A stretch of DNA of 64,000 nt, taken from positions 544,001 to 608,000 of the forward strand of contig CP000069.1 in NCBI GenBank assembly GCA_000002445.1, written 5' to 3'. A program made the translations under genes and the position numbers. Below, in pieces: positions 55,945-64,000 of this stretch. Position 1 is the stretch's first letter, and every line of letters begins with the position of its first letter. Source of the stretch: Trypanosoma brucei (Eukaryota). The notes beneath the pieces were generated by a model. It searched no databases. It was given only the letters and a program-made list of their open reading frames with translations, and had not been told where the DNA came from.

Positions 55945-58097
55945 GGGATGATCATAACGGTAAAGAAACATAAACCAGAAAGAAAACAAAACAAAAAGGA
56001 AGAAGGGGACAAACAACAAATGTGTGAGCCTTGAACATGTTACTCTCTTCCTTATTCACGGGTGGTACAATGTCTTGTTTCTCTTTTTTTTTCTTTTTTA
56101 TTTGCGATTTTTTTTTTAAAAATAAATTTCATTTTATTTACGTGCGATGCTGAGGTTGCCGCTTGCTGCCATCTGCTTAAGTTGCGGTTTAATTATTTTT
56201 CCATACTCTCAGTATCCCTCAAACACACACAATCACACAAATACAGATGATTGTCCTTTTTCCTCTTTTAATTTCCCAAATAAATTACTCTATACAATAC
56301 ATAAATACAAATAAAAATAATATGAATGTTTGAACTTTTCTTTAATTTTGTCTTTTGTAATAAAAATATATATATTTTTTCACCCCCTCCCCCTCTGCTT
56401 TATTTCTTGTCCACTTGATCTCTGTTTATGCATTACTGTTATCAATATTATTTATTCATTTACTTATTTATTTTTCTTGCTTGTAAGTAGTATTTGACAT
56501 TGCTATCACTTACTTACTACATCTATTTGCTCTTTTACTCTTTTACCTTTCACTCTTTCTTTTCTTTCTTTTCTTTTCTTTTCTTTGCTTTGCTTATAAT
56601 TTATTTGTTTTGTTTTAGTGCCCTCCTCTCTCTCTCTCTCTCTCCTTTTTTTAATTTTTTTCTCTTTTTTTTTCGGTCATTAACTTCTTCCTTTTCTTTT
56701 GCCTTAGCATTTTTTTCCCTCCCGCTTTATTATTAGATATATTACATTTATCTCTTGACTTTCATCCATTTGCTCACTTCACCCACTTGTTTATTTTCTC
56801 TCCCTTTCTTTTGTTGGTTTTGTTGGTTCCCATTTTATTCGAATCCACACTCCATTCCATTCCATTCCATTTCTCTTTCCTTTCCCTCCTTTTTTTTTCT
56901 CCTTTTTATTATTATTATTTTAAAATTATTCTTCCTTTCCATCTCATACAAAATACGTCACTTTTCCTCCCCGTCCCAACAACAACAAAAAAAGAAAAAA
57001 AAAAGCACACCTCCGATGAATATATATATATATATATATTTATTTATTTTTATTTATTTATTTATTTATTTTTATTTATTTATAAATATATATATGAAAT
57101 AAAACAAATCAAACAAAAAAAGAATGAACCATGAGAAACATGAAAAATAAAAAATCAAAAGAAAAGATATCATACGCTCCTCTTACTTTCCTCCAAATAT
57201 TTTTTCCTCTCCCGTTGAATAGTGATGTTTTATACTTTTCTTAAAGATAAAAGCGTTAATTCCCTTTTCCTTTTTTCCTTTTTTCTTTCGTTTTTTTTTT
57301 AAATCTCATGTCTTCTCGCCTCCATTCCTTTTTTTCATTTTGTTTGTTTCAATTTTATTCTTTCCTCATCTTGTCATTTATATTTCATATTTCTCTCTCC
57401 TCTTTTTTTTTTGTTTTTACCCCCACACGAATATTCACCACCGACACTTTTATGAGGGAGGGAAAAAAAAAAAGAAAACTCAACTTACAATGAAAGAAAA
57501 TTCCTCACATTGGTTTTTCTTTTTTTTTTTATTTTTTTTTTGGTACATGAGAAATATAAAAGAAAACGATCAGCATCGCCGCCGTGACTCATGTTAAAAA
57601 AAAAGGAAGTAAAAAAAAAAAAGGAAGTGAAAAAAAAAAAGGAGAAAAAAAATGAAAAAATGAGTTCGGCGGAACGAGGACCAATCAGCGAGGAACACAT
57701 ATTCATTATTATGGAATAATTTAGTTTGGTACACACACGAAAAGTAAATAATAAACAAATAACACAAGAAGAAAGAAAAAAAAGAAAAATGAGAACAATA
57801 TTTAAGAAATGGGTATGGATAATTATGGTCACAAAGAAAGCATAAAATATTGAAATGGTATTTTTTTTTTCAAAAAAAAAAAAGCAAGAAAAAAATTCTA
57901 AGGAGAAGCCACTGCTACAAGCAAAAAAAACAAAAGTAGCAATTACGGGAAACAAACAAACAAACAAACGAAAGTAACAAGGAGCATAAAAGAAGAGATG
58001 ATACAAACTCATCTCCACTCCACCCCCACAGAAGGAAGAAGAAGGGAAAATGGAAGAAGGGGAAAATGGAAATGGAAAATGGAACAAGCGGAAAAAT

Positions 58098-58124
58098 AAC
58101 AACAACAACAACAACAACAACAAC
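58098..58124. repeat. (AAC)9 microsatellite
   Basis: Read directly from the sequence, about 140 nt downstream of the PP2C stop on the transcript. Confidence 0.9.
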
Positions 58125-58261
58125 GCAAAGACACAAATAAGCAAGCACACGAAAGAAACAAAAAGGAAGGTATTAAATGGGACATGGCAGACGTATGGGG
58201 AGAGAGGGAAAGAAAGAAAGAAAGGTAAAGAGACAAAGGAGGAGAATACAGCGCAACTATT

Positions 58262-59410
58262 TTATTTGTTGCTTTGCTCTGCTAGCGACCTGAAAAAGGC
58301 GGCTTCATTGCCCGGGGCCGGACCCCAACCGAAAAAATTCTTTTCCGCTTCAATATCCGTCTCATCACTCATCTCAAAGGCAGTTTGCTCCAATGGTGAC
58401 TTTGTCGAAAGAGTTTTATTCTCGTGAGCCGTCAACAGTGCGTAACGGGCGGCGAGAGCATCTGCGTGAGTTACTTGTGCCATTTGTGCCATTGCCACAT
58501 AAGCTGTGCGAGAAAGATCATGCATGCGAGGATATGGGGCACCAGGAAGGAATGAATGCGCTCCATAAAGGCGGGCGGCGGAAGCGCCATCCGACAACCG
58601 TGCGATGAGGCACGAAACGTTATCTTTGCTTCCACGTCGTATGGCCTCATCACATACACGAGCTGCCGCGACGGCAAGGTCAGGGGATTTGGAAGCTTGT
58701 TCATTAACAAAAGCAGCAACCTCTTCATTTGAGAAATTCCCCTCAAATACACCGTCACAGGCGAGTATGATAATATCACCTTGCCGGCAGGCGTGGGTTG
58801 TAACGTCAGGAACAGCAACAACTTTATGTGACTTGTAGTCATCCAGCGCATCTCGGCGCTTGAAGGATGCATCACCGAAGGAGCGAGACACTGCGAGATC
58901 GCCATCAACACGTCCACTCACTACACAACCTCCACATGCCTCAATGCGCTGACGCTCTTCACCTGCTGTTGGTTTATGATCTTCCGTGACGAATACGAGG
59001 CGACCTCCACGCGCAATAATGGTGCGGGAATCACCTACGTTGCAAATGGTCACATTGTAATCACGTGTAACAATGCAAAAGGTCCCTGTGCTCCCACTAG
59101 CATCACTCTGATTCAGAATGAAGTCGCGATCAAGAGAAACACACACCTTTTCCAACTCCTCCTGCGTGTGTTTACCATTTAATGCCTTCACCTTTTGGGG
59201 AAGGTGGTCGGCAATATATTTACTGCAGCCACTACCATTGTGACCATCAAATATTCCAAGAAGACTCATTTCGCTCTCTACCAACATTACATGGGCGTCT
59301 TCCATGCTCACACGATAGCCGTTGACGCAAGCGGATGCAACTCCAATGTTGTAGTTTCCCGCCCTATCAACGACTTTACTTAAGACCGGTTTCGGTAACA
59401 TAACCCCCAT
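58262..59410 (-). CDS. protein phosphatase 2C
   Basis: From ATG at 59410 (MGVMLPKPVLSKVVDRAGN…): GIFDGHNGSG, VGDSRTIIARGG, DHKP and GDLAVSRSFGD are the PP2C motifs. The ORF track over-extends to 59722 through 104 low-complexity F/L-rich codons. Confidence 0.8.
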   Translation of the reverse strand: MGVMLPKPVLSKVVDRAGNYNIGVASACVNGYRVSMEDAHVMLVESEMSLLGIFDGHNGSGCSKYIADHLPQKVKALNGKHTQEELEKVCVSLDRDFILNQSDASGSTGTFCIVTRDYNVTICNVGDSRTIIARGGRLVFVTEDHKPTAGEERQRIEACGGCVVSGRVDGDLAVSRSFGDASFKRRDALDDYKSHKVVAVPDVTTHACRQGDIIILACDGVFEGNFSNEEVAAFVNEQASKSPDLAVAAARVCDEAIRRGSKDNVSCLIARLSDGASAARLYGAHSFLPGAPYPRMHDLSRTAYVAMAQMAQVTHADALAARYALLTAHENKTLSTKSPLEQTAFEMSDETDIEAEKNFFGWGPAPGNEAAFFRSLAEQSNK

Positions 59411-60124
59411 CTTTGACTGCGCAAAGAAGTACAACGACCGAAATCGAAACAGACAAAGCAAAGGAGCACAAATTCCTATTAGAACGAACACCGTGGTGGC
59501 GTTGATGGGAGCTTCATTGATTACAAGAAAAAAAAAAGAAAGAAAGAACGAAAGAAAATGGAGGAAAAGAAGAGAGAAAAAAAAGAAGAAAGAGGTGATA
59601 CGCAGCAAATGCAACAAACAAACAAACAAACAAACAACTAGCATATGTGAAAACGCACACTGAAGCGCGAGAACCACAGCGTTCTCCTCGTTTTCCAACC
59701 AGCACCCCTTCAACTGTGCCATGCAATTAGTTTAAGTACGTGCAGCTATGAATCAACCTCCTTTTGGTAGCCCGCTCAATCCAACACGAAGTCATATACC
59801 AACGGCAACAGTAAAGTGTACAGAAAACACAAACCTCACAACCAAACGGGGTAAATATATAAATATATATAAAGGTATTTTCTAACAACAGCGGTATATC
59901 AAACTCCCTCACACACATACGTGCAAGCATGCGTCATACTTTTTTTTTTTTAAAGACCCTTTCCCCATCTCTTCCGCACACTATTCTCATCGTATTTGCT
60001 TTCATATTTTCCTTCATTACATGCGCTTTCCACTCAAGCACACATTACCTCAGACACACTTATTACCGCATTGAAGCAAATTTCCCATAAATTCATGTGA
60101 TGGACTAAAGGGAAGATGAAATCT

Positions 60125-60158
<34 letters not shown>

Positions 60159-61393
60159 TTATTTATTTATTTATTTATTTATATTCGCAGACAAGTGAAA
60201 TCATGCATAAATACAAAATATATATATACACAAAGAAAGCGCGAAAAACAACAACAACAACAACACAAATGACAGGAAGTGCACCCCTTTAAGCAGACAC
60301 GCTCATAGACAGGCAGATACGCACGTGCACTTTGGGGGTAGGGTTGGAGTTAGGGAGATGAACGTTAGGATTACGAACAGAGAACCAAATTAAGAGGAGG
60401 AGAAAAATAAGAAAAAAAAAGACCAGAAGTAAAAATAGAAAAGTAAAAATGAGTTTATTTCAAACCCTCCTTTCAAAACCCCGCACTCTGCCGTGTGCAC
60501 ATACCCGAATGTGGCTACGTTGCGGCGACTAGATTTAGAAATGCATATATCAATATATGCAGTGGGAGACCAAAGGAGTAGGATGAAAGGGCAAAAAAAA
60601 AAAAGACAATAAATAAAGAAAAAGAAACCGGTAACTGACACAAAAACAAAAGAACAAGAGCACATATTCACTCTCAAACTATCTTCTGCCTCACCGGTTT
60701 AAGATAATAACACTGATATTTATCCTTCAATCTCTCCTCACTTGCTTGCATTGCACACATTCACATGTGGTTTAAACCTAATACTCCACATATGGAGTCT
60801 TGAACATGTGTACATGTGCGGTCAAGCGGTGGGAAACTGTGAGGAGCAATCACCAACGAGCGTTAGATACCTTTTTTTCTTCTATTTTTTTTTTAAATGC
60901 TTTTCTGCGTACCCTTTCAAAGGTATGAGTTCACTCATATAAATATAAATATATATACAGGTATATATGCATGTATACGTGCTCTTTTTGTTCGCTGACT
61001 TGCATCGAAGTTGTCGCTATAGCGCCAAGCATGAGGATGACGAAACTATCGAACCGCTATTCAAACATATGGCGGGTCAAACGGTGCAAAACAACGACTA
61101 CGACAAACACCATTTATGAGAGGAGCTTTCACCTCAAATCACTCGGTCCGATTGGGAACGGAGGAAAAAAAAAAGTGAAACAAGGCGTTGAGGCACGAAA
61201 CCACCTACACGTGCAGATATACGCGGACAACCTTTTCTCCCCCAAGAAGATACGGAACTAGCGGGGGGGGGCGAAGAGGTAAATAAGCACGGCGGTTTCT
61301 TGCATTCAGTTAGCGAAGCACAAGAGCAAAATAATGGGGGAGGGGGAAAGGAGGACACCAAAGTCCAAACATACGCTACTTCAAACTTATTTA

Positions 61394-62635
61394 TCAATCT
61401 TTTCTCTCTAACAGCAAATCATTTGGATCATAAAACCATGGTTTTGTAACCCTGACAGGTGCTAGGGATGCAGATAGCGGACGGCTGGGAGCTTCATCTA
61501 TTGGTTCCTCCTCATCCCCTGATCCCTCGAGACCGTGCACCTCATCGCTGGTTGAAGAATTTCCCCCATCATCAACACTGACATCACCACTACCGCCAAC
61601 ACCACTATTATTATCATTATCATCACCGTCTCTCTCAGGTGATGACGAAACATCGCCTGAATCCACTCGTGGAATATATTCCCTGGGCACACGATTCGTT
61701 GCATCTTGCATTAAGTGTGCTACCGGGCGTCCATTTTCCCGCTTGAGAACGAGGTAGAGCGAGAAGAAACCTTTAATAGTGTTTCTCACATCTTCGCCGC
61801 GTTCATCATTATGTCCTCCATCCACTAAATGATGTAAACATGGACCCATAAAGTAGTTACTCACATCAATTGAATTCCGTGGGAAGACGAAATCATCCTC
61901 CCTGCCGTGAAATATGAACGCAGGAACGGTGCACTCCGAAGCGTACTTTAACGTATCCAAATCATCAATATTAAAAGCCGCACGCGCGGCGATGCGTTTG
62001 CGCATGCGATTCACAATTTTGTTTATGAGTGAACTAGGAAATCGCTTGGAGCCGTGCTGCTTCACCAAATCATTTACAAGACTCCGCAGCGTAGAAAAGG
62101 GCGAGTCGCAAACGATACATTTGATGGAGTTATCTTTTGATGCATACATGATGGAGGTGACGGCTCCCATACTACGGCCCCAGAGCCCAATGCCATCCAC
62201 TTCCTCCTGATCCTCAAGGTAGTCCACAACCGCGGCGAGATCCTGTCGTTCATAGAAACCAAGTGATATGTATTCCCCATCCGATAATCCACTACCCGCT
62301 GCATCAAAGCAAAACAAACTGTACCCTTCCTTAAGCAGAAAGAGTGCCTCTAATGCGTCGTAACGTGAACCACAGTTGCCATGAATATAGACAATACACG
62401 GTTGTTTTTCATTACTTAAGGTACGAAACCATGAACATTGCAAGGTTAGCCCCCGCATGTTCTCTATCGTTAGGTCCGTGCGTTTGTACCGCTGAGGATC
62501 ATCGGCGTCAAGGCGGAAAATCGTTGGACCCAAATCTGTTCGAGGATCATATACTGCTCGCTGTGGGCGTATAATAAGATCGCAAATACTGTTAAAAATA
62601 CCTTTTCCCGACACTAGGTAACGTATCGTATTCAT
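61394..62635 (-). CDS. alpha/beta-hydrolase fold serine hydrolase (ABHD/BEM46-like)
   Basis: IVYIHGNCGSRYD…FCFDAAGSGLSDGEY…IGLWGRSMGAVTSIMYA has the HGN…D-x-G and G-x-S-x-G nucleophile-elbow layout of the ABHD12/13/17 and BEM46 family. The C-terminal tail is acidic and Ser/Asp-rich. Confidence 0.7.
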   Translation of the reverse strand: MNTIRYLVSGKGIFNSICDLIIRPQRAVYDPRTDLGPTIFRLDADDPQRYKRTDLTIENMRGLTLQCSWFRTLSNEKQPCIVYIHGNCGSRYDALEALFLLKEGYSLFCFDAAGSGLSDGEYISLGFYERQDLAAVVDYLEDQEEVDGIGLWGRSMGAVTSIMYASKDNSIKCIVCDSPFSTLRSLVNDLVKQHGSKRFPSSLINKIVNRMRKRIAARAAFNIDDLDTLKYASECTVPAFIFHGREDDFVFPRNSIDVSNYFMGPCLHHLVDGGHNDERGEDVRNTIKGFFSLYLVLKRENGRPVAHLMQDATNRVPREYIPRVDSGDVSSSPERDGDDNDNNSGVGGSGDVSVDDGGNSSTSDEVHGLEGSGDEEEPIDEAPSRPLSASLAPVRVTKPWFYDPNDLLLERKD

Positions 62636-63177
62636 AGCAGATGCTATTCTAGCTTAACTTGTTTTGCCCCTCTTTTCCTTGAAATTTACCCCTTTAGTGT
62701 ACGGTAACCGCTAATTTTTAAGGGTGTAGATTCTAAGGAAAAGTATGTTGGGCCTGATAATGTTGTCCACGTCCTCTCCCTTCGCCCAACGCCAAAACAA
62801 AAGAAAGGAAAAGAGAGAAAACTAATGTCAGGATGCAGGAAGAAGCGTAAGCACGGTTTGGTTTTCTTGAATTTGCCTACAGAAAAGGGAAAAAGGAAAT
62901 ATGAGGGGGGAGGCAGAGGACTAGGCAGGGCAAATGTGTGAAACTTGAGGCCAAATACCACAAAAAGAAATTAGAAAACAAATACACATAGAGAAAAGTA
63001 AAACAAGAACAGATTTTGAATTAAGTGAAGGTTTCCTTCCCCTTTTTCCAGCATTCCCCTCTTTTGTTAATAGATTGAACATGGTTACAGGAACGAATTA
63101 GCATGAGCGAGTTATAAAGAACGAAATAAAGAGAGCAATAATGTTGCTCGATTGCGGAAAGTAACACTTTCCCTCAC

Positions 63178-63780
63178 TCATAATCGGACATACGTCACCC
63201 ACGATGTGAAGAAGTTCCTCACAGGTGACAATCTAAACATCAGCCAGCGCAACACTCTTTCCAGTGTAGGCGTGGTGGAAGCGTATGCATTTATCACGCC
63301 AACAGCAGCTCCTACAATCACCTGATCAGTGGAATGATAAGAGTTGTACACACGGCCACATGCAACAACTGTAGCTGATACTAGGAAGAATAGCCACATG
63401 CCCCATGAAACGGGTATATGGTTCGCGCTCGCTTTGCGCAACAGCCATGTAATGAAGAAAAACATAAACTGTGAGTGATTGCTCGGCATGCCATAATTAC
63501 TCGACGAGCTCATTGGTACCATTATGTACATGCTACTTATCGGCCGCGGGCCCTTAATGAAAGCCTTCAGGAAAGTGTTCAGTGCCGTGTTCTGGCACAA
63601 CCCAACGAGTAGCAGCAGCGCGGCATCTCTTTGATGAGAAGTCGAGGAACTTGCGAGCCCCGCAATGAATATGACAATAATAGAAGGGAGCAAAGAGGAT
63701 AAAGCAAACACAAAGCTTATGGTGTCCCCTGCATCGTAGACCACCGTACTAGCTGCCCAAGTAATCCAGTTGGCGTGCAT
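63178..63780 (-). CDS. dolichyl-diphosphatase (PAP2 superfamily, DOLPP1/CWH8-like)
   Basis: From ATG at 63780 (MHANWITWAASTVVYDAGD…): the PAP2 motifs KAFIKGPRP (K-x6-RP), YGMPSNHSQFMFFF (PSGH) and GRVYNSYHSTDQV (SR-x5-H-x3-D) are present. Its ~200 aa size and these motifs fit dolichyldiphosphatase better than lipid phosphate phosphatases. The ORF track extends 70 codons upstream, to 63990. Confidence 0.7.
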   Translation of the reverse strand: MHANWITWAASTVVYDAGDTISFVFALSSLLPSIIVIFIAGLASSSTSHQRDAALLLLVGLCQNTALNTFLKAFIKGPRPISSMYIMVPMSSSSNYGMPSNHSQFMFFFITWLLRKASANHIPVSWGMWLFFLVSATVVACGRVYNSYHSTDQVIVGAAVGVINAYASTTPTLERVLRWLMFRLSPVRNFFTSWVTYVRL

Positions 63781-64000
63781 CGCTTTTCTCGGAGGCAACG
63801 AGCAACAAGCAGTGTAGAGGTTAAATCTAACGAGACGATGTAAAGGTGTAAAGAAGAGAAACGATTCGACTACAATATGTTTCACCCTTCGGCAAATGCG
63901 GAGGGCTTGCTGTTGTTTTCGTTTTACTAAAAGAGAGCATAACAAAAAGAGAAGGAGGGAGAAGTGGAGAGAGCTATCGTCTGAAGCCACGCAAAGTCAA

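Noticed and set aside
56828-56846. ttattcgaatccacac resembling a tRNA T-arm (GGTTCGAATCC)
   Set aside because: It lacks the 5' GG and any complementary acceptor or T-stem context. No cloverleaf can be drawn, and no other tRNA-like T-loop motif (GTTCRANYC) was found anywhere in the window on either strand.
57485-58150. Minus-strand ORF of 221 aa immediately downstream of PP2C
   Set aside because: Almost pure F/L/C/S low-complexity (…FFFSFFFFTSFFFFTSFFF…), generated by reading through T-rich UTR sequence. It is not a plausible protein.
1-64000. Search for strand-switch region, transcription start or termination landmarks (tRNA clusters, divergent gene pairs)
   Set aside because: Every supported CDS is on the minus strand, so no strand switch is present in the window.

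Overview
This 64 kb window reads as nuclear DNA of an African trypanosome (Trypanosoma brucei group). About 25 intron-less protein-coding genes are packed head-to-tail, all on the minus strand, consistent with a single polycistronic transcription unit. The spacers between genes carry (TA)n, (CA)n and (CAA)n microsatellites and purine/pyrimidine-rich tracts. The window contains no rRNA, no tRNA, no CRISPR array and nothing that looks prokaryotic.

Recognisable products, in coordinate order:
- a partial NAD-binding dehydrogenase of the HIBADH family at the left edge
- polynucleotide kinase 3'-phosphatase (PNKP)
- rRNA dimethyladenosine transferase (DIM1)
- a RanBP2-finger protein
- a divergent mitochondrial-carrier-like protein
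- two tandem S1/P1-type nuclease paralogues
- the PAN2 deadenylase subunit
- an 8xC2H2 zinc-finger protein
- ATG4 cysteine peptidase
- a LIM-like zinc-binding protein
- a large coiled-coil protein with a C-terminal DGPPP tandem-repeat array
- a SUN-like domain membrane protein
- a TBC/rhodanese protein
- Ku80
- a kinesin
- an ERK-like MAP kinase
- a PP2C phosphatase
- an alpha/beta-hydrolase
- a PAP2 dolichyl-diphosphatase

The gene order PAN2 ... ATG4 ... Ku80 - kinesin - MAPK matches my memory of T. brucei chromosome 6 (around Tb927.6.16xx-18xx), but this cannot be verified here.

The most notable observations are:
- PAN2 is interrupted by a single-nucleotide frameshift at about 19998-19999, inside the exonuclease domain.
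- The two S1/P1 nuclease paralogues are near-identical mosaics with different C-termini.
- A 6.6 kb stretch (51.7-58.3 kb) has no plausible ORF and is microsatellite-rich.
- The computed ORF track over-extends several N-termini through low-complexity upstream sequence.

All product calls rest on motif recognition by eye, not on searches.
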